A stretch of 64,000 nucleotides of DNA, taken from contig JBHLON010000002.1 in assembly GCA_048940445.1 (NCBI GenBank), positions 96,001-160,000 of the forward strand. Direction: 5' to 3'. The notes below the pieces were generated by a model. That model ran no database searches and was not told the DNA's origin. It saw nothing but the letters and a program-made list of their open reading frames with translations. The stretch is from Promethearchaeota archaeon. GTDB taxonomy: Archaea > Asgardarchaeota > Lokiarchaeia > Sigyniarchaeales > SOKP01. The translations under genes and the position numbers were made by a program. This document shows, piece by piece, positions 31,833 to 41,997 of the stretch; positions within the stretch are counted from its first letter, which is position 1, and every line of letters begins with the position of its first letter.

Positions 31833-32060
31833 ATGGATAAAGAAAAAGTAAAGCAAGTTATTGAAAAAATTAGGCCTCAGTTGCAAGCTGATGGCGGAGA
31901 TGTTGAAATCGTTGAAATTACTGACGACGGTATAGTTAAAGTACGATTACAAGGAACATGTGCTGGCTGTCCATATAGTCAGCAAACACTTTCAATGGGA
32001 ATCGAAAGAGCTGTGAAACAATTTGTTCCTGATGTAAAAGCTGTGCAGAATGTAATGTAA
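31833..32060 (+). CDS. NifU-like (Nfu) domain protein
   Basis: IRPQLQADGGDVE, VRLQGTCAGCP. Confidence 0.93.
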   Translation: MDKEKVKQVIEKIRPQLQADGGDVEIVEITDDGIVKVRLQGTCAGCPYSQQTLSMGIERAVKQFVPDVKAVQNVM

Positions 32061-32341
32061 ATCTCCTTAATTTTTTTAGTTTCATTAATTCCTAATCATT
32101 TTATGCCTGATAAATATTGGGAAATTTTTCGGGACGCTTAATTTATTTAAATTTTCCAAATTTGATGTTATATTTTTAAGCTCTATTATTTGAAAAACAG
32201 AAAAAATAAAAATTTAAGCTACTTCGATATTGTATCGAATTTATCCTTTTCAGCAAGCAAAACTTATAAAATATCGAAAATTAGAAGCTTTAAGTCTTCA
32301 ATAAATTAATAAAGAAATAGGAAAAAAAAGAGAAATAGCCG

Positions 32342-33637
32342 ATGATTGAATATGATGTTATTATTGTAGGAGCAGGATGCGCTGGTCCAGCAGCTGCTAA
32401 AAAAGCAGCTGAATTAGGATTAAAGGTTTTACTTCTTGAAAAAGCGCAAATTCCTGGAGAAAAAAATGTATCTGGCACTTGTCTAAATGGAGCTGCGTTG
32501 ATTATTCCTGATTTGCACTATTTAGTGGAAGGTCCTATTGAAAGAGTAATAAGGGAAATGAGAACATATCATATCAATAAGGATCGAACAACTATTTTTC
32601 ATGAAATTCCTTCGGAAGGAATCTTACTTCTTTCTATTCGCAGAGATCAATTCGATGCTTGGCATACTGAAAAAGCTAAGGAAGCAGGAGCAGATGTCAA
32701 ACTCTCAACATCCGTAGTTGACATTATTGAAGAAGATGATTATGTAAAAGGTGTTATAACTGATGGTGGGGAAAAATTCTATTCTAAAGTAGTAATTGAT
32801 GCAGGAGGAGTAAATTCTATTGTAGGAAGGAAAGCAGGTTTAATACCAAAAAGAAAAGGCAAAAATATGATTTTGTATACAACTCTCTGTGTCCATTTAG
32901 GCAAAAACGTTGTCGATGAACGATTCGGAGAGTGCATTGAGTATTATCTTTCACCAGGAATTCAGTATAAAGCATGGCCTTGGATTTTTCCTAAAAAGGA
33001 AACAGTAACTCTTGGAACAGGCGGATATATGGATGAAAATTTAATAAATGATGATTTTCCAAATGTAAATAAATATATGGAAAATTTTCTGAATTTACCA
33101 GTAGTAAAGAAAAAATTACAGGGTGGAAAAATAGTAGCGTGGGGATTACATTTAGAATATGATGATGTGCTAGAAAAAAGAGTAAAAAATGGATTAATCC
33201 TTACAGGGGAAGCGGGAGGTTTTGTCATACCTTTCTTAGGTGAAGGAATGCCCGAAGCCTTTTTTACTGGAATTTATGCCGCTCAATCCGTGGCGAATGC
33301 TATAAAAACTAACGATTTTTCGGAAGACAATTTATCTAAAACGTATCAAGATTTAATTTCCAGTAATTTCTTTATGCAAGCTTTTCATCATATTGGTGCT
33401 GTAAATAAAGAAACAGCATTAAGTAAATCTGATGAAGAAATTACAAAAATGATGCAAAATGTCATTATGGGTGGTGGATTTATTTCCAACGCAATACATA
33501 GTAAATGGATGAAAGGAGTTGAAGATCAAGATATGGAACTTCTCCAGGAAGCTTATGATTTGCTAGAGCTAATTCAACCTTACGCGAATGTAGATCCTGA
33601 TTTTGAAAATTTATATAACGAGAGGGGTAGAAAATGA
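32342..33637 (+). CDS. FixC/geranylgeranyl-reductase-like flavoprotein
   Basis: VGAGCAG, LLEKAQIPGEKNVSG, RRDQFDAW, GEAGGFV. Confidence 0.85.
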   Translation: MIEYDVIIVGAGCAGPAAAKKAAELGLKVLLLEKAQIPGEKNVSGTCLNGAALIIPDLHYLVEGPIERVIREMRTYHINKDRTTIFHEIPSEGILLLSIRRDQFDAWHTEKAKEAGADVKLSTSVVDIIEEDDYVKGVITDGGEKFYSKVVIDAGGVNSIVGRKAGLIPKRKGKNMILYTTLCVHLGKNVVDERFGECIEYYLSPGIQYKAWPWIFPKKETVTLGTGGYMDENLINDDFPNVNKYMENFLNLPVVKKKLQGGKIVAWGLHLEYDDVLEKRVKNGLILTGEAGGFVIPFLGEGMPEAFFTGIYAAQSVANAIKTNDFSEDNLSKTYQDLISSNFFMQAFHHIGAVNKETALSKSDEEITKMMQNVIMGGGFISNAIHSKWMKGVEDQDMELLQEAYDLLELIQPYANVDPDFENLYNERGRK

Positions 33638-33894
33638 AAATTGAAATGAATGTTGATTATTATGCAGGAGATGCAGGAGAATTTATAAGAGTTGATGAAC
33701 AAAAATGTACTGGATGTGGTGATTGTGCTAAATTTTGTACCAGAGATGTATGGGAACCAGATGGGGAAATCTATCGCCCTAAAAATCTGAAACTATGTGT
33801 TGAGTGCGGTGCATGTTGGAATGTATGTGCTGATGATGCAGTTGTATTTGAGGAACCGAAAGGAGGAACTGGAGTTCGCTTCAGTTATGGATAA
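33634..33894 (+). CDS. FixX-like ferredoxin
   Basis: CTGCGDC...C, CVECGAC...C, PKGGTGVRFSYG; ATGA overlap with upstream gene. Confidence 0.9.
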   Translation: MKIEMNVDYYAGDAGEFIRVDEQKCTGCGDCAKFCTRDVWEPDGEIYRPKNLKLCVECGACWNVCADDAVVFEEPKGGTGVRFSYG

Positions 33895-33899
33895 AATAT

Positions 33900-34262
33900 T
33901 TGGTGATCGAAATGGTAAATCGAGATGAACTGATGAAAATTTTAGATGATCAACGAAAAAAGTATACTCACAAAGATGTAGCACGGCATTTTAAGGGCTG
34001 GAATAAAACACTCCAGTATTATTTTACTGATATTGAAGAATACTATGTGATTGAATTAGTTGATGGAATTCCTAAAGAAGTTGTGAAAAAAAAGCTGGAA
34101 AATCCTGATATTATGTATTCCATGAGCACAGAAACATTCATAGCCCTCAATAAAGGTGAAATAACTGGATTCAAATTATATCAACAGGGAAAATTGAAAA
34201 TAAAGGCTACCATGGCAGAAATAATGAAATTACAAAAACTTGATAAATTACAAATTGAATAA
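33900..34262 (+). CDS. SCP2 sterol/lipid-binding domain protein
   Basis: PDIMYSMSTETFIAL..GEI....YQQGKLKIK pattern. Confidence 0.8.
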   Translation: MVIEMVNRDELMKILDDQRKKYTHKDVARHFKGWNKTLQYYFTDIEEYYVIELVDGIPKEVVKKKLENPDIMYSMSTETFIALNKGEITGFKLYQQGKLKIKATMAEIMKLQKLDKLQIE

Positions 34263-34461
34263 CATGAATCCTTACTAAAATTAACTCCACATTTAAATTG
34301 GATTATTAAAATCAATCTTAAAGCATAATTTCATAATAGATTGCTTTATTTTTAGATTTTGTAATGTAATTACTTATAAATTAAAAATCAAAGATTAATT
34401 ATTCAAATTAGTTATAAAAATATTAAATTCCAATAAGTTGAACTTAAAAATTTAGCCAATT

Positions 34462-34839
34462 ATGGAGCCTAAAGAATTCACAGAGGATTTAAGTAAAGTT
34501 CAAAAACTAATGTCTCAGGAAATGTACAAAGACGCTCTCATATTGCTCGAAAAACTAAAAAAGATAGAACAGCAAGGAGACTTTAATTATAATTTAACTC
34601 ATAAATTATATCAATTAGATTCTAATGCTCGATCACTTTATAATCAACAAAAGATCCTGGATTTAATTTCTGAGGTTTCTCAAAATCAAAAGTCAATACT
34701 TATTACTGATCTTAAAAAACAATTGAAAGAAAAAGAAGAAATTGATTTAGACGAGCCCAATTTAAGGAGAGAAATAGAAATCCTTATTTTACGTGAGCTT
34801 TTATTTTGCAAAATTGAGGGAGATAGATTAACCTTTTAA
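34462..34839 (+). CDS. Helical plus winged-helix (PCI-like) small protein
   Basis: C-terminus EIEILILRELLFCKIEGDRLTF resembles PCI winged-helix end. Confidence 0.5.
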   Translation: MEPKEFTEDLSKVQKLMSQEMYKDALILLEKLKKIEQQGDFNYNLTHKLYQLDSNARSLYNQQKILDLISEVSQNQKSILITDLKKQLKEKEEIDLDEPNLRREIEILILRELLFCKIEGDRLTF

Positions 34840-34917
34840 TAATTTAGTTATGAACAAATTCTAGGGTTTTATAAATTTCTATGTAGAATTACTATAAAAC
34901 AAAATTATCATCTCAAA

Positions 34918-35523
34918 ATGATAATAAATTCATTAGAGCGGACTATACAGCTTAAAATCTGCTATTATGGTCCTGCGATGTCCGGGAAAACAACTACACT
35001 TAAGTCTTTGTTTAATCATTTTGGAAAAAAGAAGTTAGTCCAGAGCATAGAAACTTCACACGATAAGGCAAAAAGAAGAACTTTATTTTTTGATTACGGA
35101 ACAATAATCTTTCAAAACCAAGAATGGACATTAAAGTTACATATTTACTCAACTACAGGCCAAGATTTTTATATTGTGACTAGACCTATTACATTACGGG
35201 GTATCGATGCCTTCATTTTTGTGGCAGATTCTCAAAGAACTGTATATGATCGAAATTTGTTATCTTGGAATGAGTTATCTACATATTTTGGAGAACAAAT
35301 TAATTCTATTCCTAAAGTTATTGCATTTAATAAACAAGATTTACCCGAAAAATTCAATTCCAATATATTTTTACATCAGATTGATTATTATAAATTTTCA
35401 AATATTGATGTTAAAAAAACGATTGCGATCAATGGTGAAGGTGTTTTGGACTCTTTTGAGGAACTTATAAGTTTAATCTTTAAAAATATGTATAAAAGTC
35501 AACTCGTATCAGTATTTCAATAA
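34918..35523 (+). CDS. MglA-like small GTPase
   Basis: KICYYGPAMSGKTT, RTLFFD, TTGQDFY, VADSQ, NKQDL. Confidence 0.9.
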   Translation: MIINSLERTIQLKICYYGPAMSGKTTTLKSLFNHFGKKKLVQSIETSHDKAKRRTLFFDYGTIIFQNQEWTLKLHIYSTTGQDFYIVTRPITLRGIDAFIFVADSQRTVYDRNLLSWNELSTYFGEQINSIPKVIAFNKQDLPEKFNSNIFLHQIDYYKFSNIDVKKTIAINGEGVLDSFEELISLIFKNMYKSQLVSVFQ

Positions 35524-35577
35524 TTTTTGTTCATTTTTATTTTTTGTAAAAACATGAAGAATTAGAATATTTTTTAT

Positions 35578-36390
35578 TTAAATTCTTAAAGTTTCTGGAT
35601 TAACCGTCTCAGTTTTTCCAAAAGTTGGTATAATCCACATATACATTACATATTCTAATTTTTTATAGAAAGGTCTGGCAAAGTTGCTATGTCCAAGATT
35701 TCCAGGGAAAAAAACCCCATCACCGTTAGTTAAATCCTTACAAACTGTATCCCCTTCTCGACTAATTAAGTATTGAGTGATCCCGTATTTTATGTGATCA
35801 ATACACATAATATATATTTCTGGATGTTCCGGATGGATATGTGGGTAAACCTTAACATCATTATCTTCATCCTGCTCAAGATTGACACTAGTTATGACTC
35901 CGCGTCTAAGTGATTTATTAGGAATATTTGTAAACCCAGACATAAAAAAAGAATTTCGAAACGCAGTCCATACAGTTCTATATGTTGTAATATTTCCTTT
36001 AGAACCAAACTCTCCTCTTGCTACAAATTCTTCTGGACTAAATGATTTAATTTCTAAATTGAAGTTAGTATTTTGGTCAGTTTTATATCTATATAAGCAT
36101 AATTTACATTTTTCAGAGATTTTAGAATTAGTTTTCATAAGAATATTAATTTCTGGTGGTAATAGAAAAAAATCGAATTGCTTTAAGCTATAAGTTTTAT
36201 TTTTAGATACCAAACTAATGTTTCCAGATAACAAGCATCCATTAAGAACTTCCTGAGGACTTGTAATAATGGTGGCATCCTTCTTCAGATAAAAATATTC
36301 TATTAAAGAATCATCTAAATTTCTTTCAATGATACTTTCTTTAGGATCTTCAAAAAAATATGAAAGCATTTCTGTTTTAGATATTAGCAT
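35578..36390 (-). CDS. Bicupin protein (KduI/IolB-like)
   Basis: YPHIHPEHPEIY and GH cupin metal motif. Confidence 0.55.
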   Translation of the reverse strand: MLISKTEMLSYFFEDPKESIIERNLDDSLIEYFYLKKDATIITSPQEVLNGCLLSGNISLVSKNKTYSLKQFDFFLLPPEINILMKTNSKISEKCKLCLYRYKTDQNTNFNLEIKSFSPEEFVARGEFGSKGNITTYRTVWTAFRNSFFMSGFTNIPNKSLRRGVITSVNLEQDEDNDVKVYPHIHPEHPEIYIMCIDHIKYGITQYLISREGDTVCKDLTNGDGVFFPGNLGHSNFARPFYKKLEYVMYMWIIPTFGKTETVNPETLRI

Positions 36391-36417
36391 AATTTTGTAG
36401 TATTAATTCCTTAATGA

Positions 36418-37626
36418 TTAAAAAAAGCCAGAAGACACATGAGATTGTAATCGTATTATTTTTTGGCTATTATCTTCTAATATAGTGATAAGAGCTGAAA
36501 TATCTTGTTTTGATTCAAAAATTACCTCTTTTTCTTCATTAGGCTTCCAAGTATTAAAACCCGTTAAAGTAGGAGCTGTTTCAAAAAGACCTTCTTGCAA
36601 TCCCGAGACTTTCACAGTAACACCTTTAAGATTATCCTTTGATATATTCTTGATTCTTATTTTATATTTTTCTAGATCAGAGTCTATTGATGTTACCTTA
36701 TAAGTTTTCTGAAACTTAGAAGAAATTCCATCAAATAAAGAAGGAGCAGCGGACGGGGTTCCAGAGAATAAATCTGCTTCTTTCTTATCTTCTCTAGTTG
36801 ATTTTGAAACAATAGTAATTGGTAGTTCAAAACTTATTGGTTCACGTCCATGTTCAGATTTCATCTTTCCAATAATCAATAATGAATATTGAGTATAATC
36901 TCCAAATTTAAATCCCCAAAATTCTTTTTCAGTTGGTTCCCACAAATAGTTATGAGAAGGTTCTGCAACTTCTGGAACTTTTAATAGTAAAAAACCCTTT
37001 TCAACATTAGAAGTTTTAGCATCCCCTGCAATAGCGGGAGGTAATTCTTCTACCTTTCTACAAGTTTGGCCATACGCATCACAATAACAAATTAGATTAG
37101 ATTTTTGTAAAAGTCTTATCTCAATGTGTTTCAATAGTTCAGATGTAAAACTTACTTTAATTGTTTCACCTGGTTTAAACACATCTTTAGTTAGAAGAAC
37201 GTTAAGACCAGAAATTGAAAACGAGATTGGGTTAGGTTGTTTTTTCTGAGTAACAGAGTTTCGTGATTTTATTTCCACTTTTTGAGTTTTATTAACGACT
37301 AAATCATTATCAGGATCTGTGGGATGTGGCTGCCTCATTATTAATTTGAGCTCATATTCTAAATTACGATTCTTGATTGTTGGTACTACATTAGTTTTTA
37401 TTAATAAAGAACGCTCTCTAGTGTATTTTCCAGCCTCAAAGTGCCCCTTTGAGAAGATTTCCTCCGTTGAAATCTGTAATTCTTTTAAACATGGTGGTTG
37501 TGTAATTAATTTAATTCCAGCCCAGAGAATTGAAGTGTCTTCTTCAAATTTGAAATTAGTTCTTACGTTTAGTTTATCTCCAATAAAAACAGAACCGTTG
37601 TTTAAATCTTGGAGCTCTAATTTCAT
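36418..37626 (-). CDS. Arrestin-fold-like protein
   Basis: Two beta-sandwich-like halves (VFIGDKLNV...AGKY...VVPT...LEYEL; KDVFKPGETIKV...ELPITIV). Confidence 0.5.
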   Translation of the reverse strand: MKLELQDLNNGSVFIGDKLNVRTNFKFEEDTSILWAGIKLITQPPCLKELQISTEEIFSKGHFEAGKYTRERSLLIKTNVVPTIKNRNLEYELKLIMRQPHPTDPDNDLVVNKTQKVEIKSRNSVTQKKQPNPISFSISGLNVLLTKDVFKPGETIKVSFTSELLKHIEIRLLQKSNLICYCDAYGQTCRKVEELPPAIAGDAKTSNVEKGFLLLKVPEVAEPSHNYLWEPTEKEFWGFKFGDYTQYSLLIIGKMKSEHGREPISFELPITIVSKSTREDKKEADLFSGTPSAAPSLFDGISSKFQKTYKVTSIDSDLEKYKIRIKNISKDNLKGVTVKVSGLQEGLFETAPTLTGFNTWKPNEEKEVIFESKQDISALITILEDNSQKIIRLQSHVSSGFF

Positions 37627-37804
37627 AATTTTAATTAGCTAATTAGATTTTATGAAATTTACTATATTATAATCAATAGTTGAATTTTATTAATATATAT
37701 TATTAATTGCTAAAAATAATAGATATTCTGCTTTTATTATTTATTTCCTGTCTCATTTTTAGAAAGATAAATAGTGAATAGAGTACTTTATCACTTAATA
37801 AAAA

Positions 37805-38533
37805 ATGATTAGAATACAAGCTAGAATTAAAGTGAAACAGCTCTCAAATAAAGCAATATTATTCGATTTAGATGGAACTTTGATAGATGTAAACCTAAAA
37901 AAATTTATTCCAAGTTACTTAAAGCTCTTAGCAGAAAGTATTTCCCATTTAATTCCTCCAAATAAAGTTATTACTAAAATTCTTAAAGTTTCAGAAGAAA
38001 TTAATAACAATAACGGGAAAGTTACTAACCAAGAAATATTTTTTGAGAAATTTTTTCCAATAGATGGTTTTGATAAAGACAAGATACAACCATTATTTGA
38101 TGATTTTTATAAAACCAAATTTTCAGAATTGCGCCAATATACACGTAAGAAGCCCGAAGCACGATTCCTAATGAAAGCAGCATTTGCTAAGGGATATAAA
38201 GTAGTTATTGCGACAACACCTGTTCTTCCATTGTCAGCTATTCAACAGAGACTTGATTGGGCTGAAGTTGGAGATTTTGAATATGATTTGATTACTACAA
38301 TAGAAAACTCTCGAGCAAATAAGCCAAATCCAGTTTACTATAAGCAAATTGTGGATTATTTAGGAATTTCTCCTGAAGATTGCTTGATGGTTGGTGATGA
38401 AGATAAAGATATGGTTGCTAAAACTATTGGATGTCAAACTTTCCTAGTTTATAGTGTTAATACAGATGTAAATTTAAAAACTCCAAAACCTAATTATACT
38501 GGAACTTTAAAAGATTTAATTAAAATCCTTTAA
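37805..38533 (+). CDS. HAD family hydrolase
   Basis: LFDLDGTL, KPNP, MVGD. Confidence 0.92.
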   Translation: MIRIQARIKVKQLSNKAILFDLDGTLIDVNLKKFIPSYLKLLAESISHLIPPNKVITKILKVSEEINNNNGKVTNQEIFFEKFFPIDGFDKDKIQPLFDDFYKTKFSELRQYTRKKPEARFLMKAAFAKGYKVVIATTPVLPLSAIQQRLDWAEVGDFEYDLITTIENSRANKPNPVYYKQIVDYLGISPEDCLMVGDEDKDMVAKTIGCQTFLVYSVNTDVNLKTPKPNYTGTLKDLIKIL

Positions 38534-38575
38534 GTTTTTCATAAATTAATTTTATCTTATTAAAAAAAGAGATAA

Positions 38576-38731
38576 TTATTTAGAATAACTTGCATTTCCT
38601 AATTTTTTAATATTTTCTTTATTAGAAGAATCGAAGAGATGTTCATCATTATTTTCAAGCTTAGATTTTACGCAATCTTCACAATATTTTAACCAAATTT
38701 CAGAATCTTTTTCAGATTTGCGATTACTCAT
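38576..38731 (-). CDS. Possible 51-aa microprotein with CxxC
   Basis: MSNRKSEKDSEIWLKYCEDCVKSK...; ATG start, fills intergenic gap. Confidence 0.35.
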   Translation of the reverse strand: MSNRKSEKDSEIWLKYCEDCVKSKLENNDEHLFDSSNKENIKKLGNASYSK

Positions 38732-38970
38732 GATATTTACCGTAATCAAGATAATTAGTAAATCTCATTCTTCTAACATTGTTTTTTAGTTAAAAAGTTT
38801 TTTAAAATGATATAATATCCATGAATATGTGACAAAAATTTTCAAAAAGAAATAGATTTAAATAGATTTAATAGTAATATTACTGAAATCGGAAGATTGA
38901 AGAGAATTTTTATTGAGAAATTAAGGAGGGAGAGAGAGAGGTTATAAAAAGTAAAAATAGTTTTTCTATT

Positions 38971-39555
38971 CTAAAATTTCCAAGTTACCATGTCATCATC
39001 ATATTCTTCAAACTTAAGCCCCTTAATAAAAGAATAGGAAATTGGATTCTTCTTATATACTTTACATCTCAGTTCCTTAACTCCTCGTTCTTTGAAATAT
39101 TGCCAAGCTGTCAAAGCGATTAATGTACCTAATCCTTTATGTTGCAATTCAGGAATAACTCCTAATCCTGCGATGACACCGAATTCATTGTTTTCTCCAG
39201 AAAAATATATAAGAGCAAATCCACTCTCAATAGATTCTAGATAAGCTATTAAAAATATAATATCGGGATCCTCCATCATCTCAATTAAATTTTGTTCATT
39301 TAGGGTATGATAAGGCATTGGAGTAGAATACCATGCTTGTTTATATAGCTTTACAATACTTTTGATATCTTCTTTGTTAGCCTCTTTAACTTCGTAGTTT
39401 GCATTATCCTGATTTGCTCTTTGTCTTAAATTTTTCTCAAAATCCTCTGTAATTGCATCGACAAGAAGTCTCATCTGAATATAATCAGATTCACTTTTCA
39501 AACTATCTTCCACATTAGAAGCGATTCTATTAATGAAGTTTCTAAACCATTCCAT
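38971..39555 (-). CDS. GNAT acetyltransferase
   Basis: GVIPELQHKGLGT. Confidence 0.88.
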   Translation of the reverse strand: MEWFRNFINRIASNVEDSLKSESDYIQMRLLVDAITEDFEKNLRQRANQDNANYEVKEANKEDIKSIVKLYKQAWYSTPMPYHTLNEQNLIEMMEDPDIIFLIAYLESIESGFALIYFSGENNEFGVIAGLGVIPELQHKGLGTLIALTAWQYFKERGVKELRCKVYKKNPISYSFIKGLKFEEYDDDMVTWKF

Positions 39556-39604
39556 AATCAGATTACAATCTACAATTCGAAAAATTAATATGATATAATA
39601 TTAA

Positions 39605-39635
39605 AATTTGAATGACTCATAAATTCATTCAAATT
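39605..39635. promoter_or_regulatory. 11-bp inverted repeat, candidate operator
   Basis: AATTTGAATGA-n9-TCATTCAAATT, 50 nt upstream of the GNAT start. Confidence 0.35.
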
Positions 39636-40098
39636 GAATGATTATGTTTATATATGACTTTTCAATATAAATTTTTTCTTTGTATTTTCTAAATATATCA
39701 CATTCCTTATATTGCAAACGATATATAAGAAGGAAATATAATCATCAGACTCCCCTAAGTATTCAAATTTTTTTATTCTATGCAAGGACCGAAGATTAAA
39801 GAAAAGAACTACTAGACTTCATTATTAATTTATTCAAAGAAATTTTAAGAATGCGTGGGGGCTCTGGAGGATCCAGTGTTGCGGATAAAGCACTATTTAG
39901 AAGGTGTGATGCTGTAACAATGTAAGAGATATTATCTCAATACTAATTGAATAAATTATCCCCAATTAAAAAATAATGTTACTAGTTTTATCAGAGACGG
40001 ACGCTTTATTCAAGAATCTAAACCATCAGGGATTATACAAGAAGTAATTAGACCTAATGAAAGAATTTATAATATATAAAAAAGAAAAAAATTAATAA

Positions 40099-40929
40099 TT
40101 ATTTTTCATACAAAGCTGAACCACACGTTCCACAATATCTCCCCCCTTTTTCAAGCTCTGCTCCGCAATGTGGACAAAAATTCATAGATGGTGTTGTTTC
40201 TGGAGTTGAGCTATATGGAGTTGTATAGGAAGGGGGTGGAACAGGTTTGGGTGGTTTTGGAGCCTCAGGTATTACGGGAGGAACAGGCTGCTTTTTAAAT
40301 GTTGGAGCCCTTTCAGCGAGAGTAGATAATTTGAAATATCCAACTATATACATAATGTAACCTATTATGATGGGAACTAGTAAAAATCCGAGAGCCCATA
40401 ATAAAGCAGCTGAACTTAAAGTGCTTACTCCTTCATTAACACGAAGATAAGCTCCTGGAGGAAATTCATCTTTACTCATATAGAAATAACTTTTAAGATT
40501 CTCCCATCCACCTTTTTCAATAGCACATCCGATAATCATAAGAATAAATCCGGGAACCAAACTAGTTAGAATTACTGGAGTAACAACAAGGGAAAAAGGA
40601 AATGGAATGATGTAATAAGAGTAATAATAAGAAGGTCCCATGAAGTAACGATAAGCCATAATTGCACCTGCGATATTAACGAAAATGAGTCCTATAAATT
40701 TAATTATCGCTGCTGCTAGATATTTTGAGCTAAAACTGCTTAGATATGGGTCTCTTTGTTGTTGGTTTATCTTTTTGATATGACTAATTGCACTACATAT
40801 GAAAATTAAAAGAATGATATTAGCAATAAAGGCAAAATATGGTATGATAATAAAGATACTGAAAATGGCTACAATTCGAATATTCTTCCCGAAGTTATAC
40901 CAATTCGATGGTAAATCATTATATGACAT
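40099..40929 (-). CDS. Membrane protein with C-terminal zinc ribbon, paralog 1
   Basis: TM helices, Pro-rich linker, FCPHCG...YCGTCG. Confidence 0.8.
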   Translation of the reverse strand: MSYNDLPSNWYNFGKNIRIVAIFSIFIIIPYFAFIANIILLIFICSAISHIKKINQQQRDPYLSSFSSKYLAAAIIKFIGLIFVNIAGAIMAYRYFMGPSYYYSYYIIPFPFSLVVTPVILTSLVPGFILMIIGCAIEKGGWENLKSYFYMSKDEFPPGAYLRVNEGVSTLSSAALLWALGFLLVPIIIGYIMYIVGYFKLSTLAERAPTFKKQPVPPVIPEAPKPPKPVPPPSYTTPYSSTPETTPSMNFCPHCGAELEKGGRYCGTCGSALYEK

Positions 40930-41057
40930 TTATTTAAACCTACTAAATTATATATGCCTTTATGGATAATTACACTAAAATAATTTATATATTTTTAGTA
41001 GACCAATTTTTTAATTCATCCTTTTTGAAAATATACAATTGAAAATTAGAAAAAAAA

Positions 41058-41882
41058 TTAGTTCTTTTTTAATGAAGAACCACAAGCTCCACAAAATCTC
41101 GCATCTACTTGAACTTCCTCTCCACAAATAGGGCAGAATTTAGCTGAATTTATCGGAATCTTTTCTGATATGCTTTCAGATGTTAATTGTTGTTCAGTTT
41201 CGGGTTTAGGAGGAATTTTCACTTTTAAGACGTCTTTAGATTGATGAATTTCTGCTAGACGATAAAATGATGCTAATTTAAAGTATCCTACTGCCTGAAA
41301 AATAAGACCAATAAAGACAGTGATAACAAGAAATGCCAAAGCTAACAAGAGAGCGCCAGTACGAGACTTCTCTGCACCTTCTATTAATTCTCCATAGACG
41401 GATTGAGGTACTAAATTAGAGTTTTGTTGTAAAAAAGATACGAAAATGTTCCAAGCACTCATTTCAGTTGAAGAACCTACAATTATAAGAATATAACCAA
41501 TAACTATAGCAATTACAGCTCCAATTATAAAACCTGTTGAAGGTGTAAAATACAACCAAGGAATTCCACCAAATAATCTATTTCGAATAAAGATAATGAT
41601 TGGAATCATTAAGCTACTAATTGTGCAAATGATCATTCCAATTACTCTAACTAAGATTCCACTAAGTAATTTTCCTCGAAACTCATCAAGAATAGGATTC
41701 TTTAGGCTCTTATTGATATCTCTAAGATCTGCTGATATTAAAATTATAACTATGAATGTAATTACCATACCTAAAATAGAGATATAAGGAAAAATGCTAA
41801 GAATAGCAGCAATGCCTAAGATTCGCATATACCTACCAAAATCATAAAATATACTTATATTCTTCTCTGCTGACATACTCAT
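41058..41882 (-). CDS. Membrane protein with C-terminal zinc ribbon, paralog 2
   Basis: Shares FG..R, GYFKL with paralog 1; FCPICG...FCGACG. Confidence 0.8.
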   Translation of the reverse strand: MSMSAEKNISIFYDFGRYMRILGIAAILSIFPYISILGMVITFIVIILISADLRDINKSLKNPILDEFRGKLLSGILVRVIGMIICTISSLMIPIIIFIRNRLFGGIPWLYFTPSTGFIIGAVIAIVIGYILIIVGSSTEMSAWNIFVSFLQQNSNLVPQSVYGELIEGAEKSRTGALLLALAFLVITVFIGLIFQAVGYFKLASFYRLAEIHQSKDVLKVKIPPKPETEQQLTSESISEKIPINSAKFCPICGEEVQVDARFCGACGSSLKKN

Positions 41883-41997
41883 TCACTTATAAATATTATT
41901 AAAGTTTAGCTAGAAATGGAATCTAATATATAAATAATTTTAGTAGGCTGATTTTTGATATATCTTCAAATAATACAAACCAGAGATACAGTAATTA

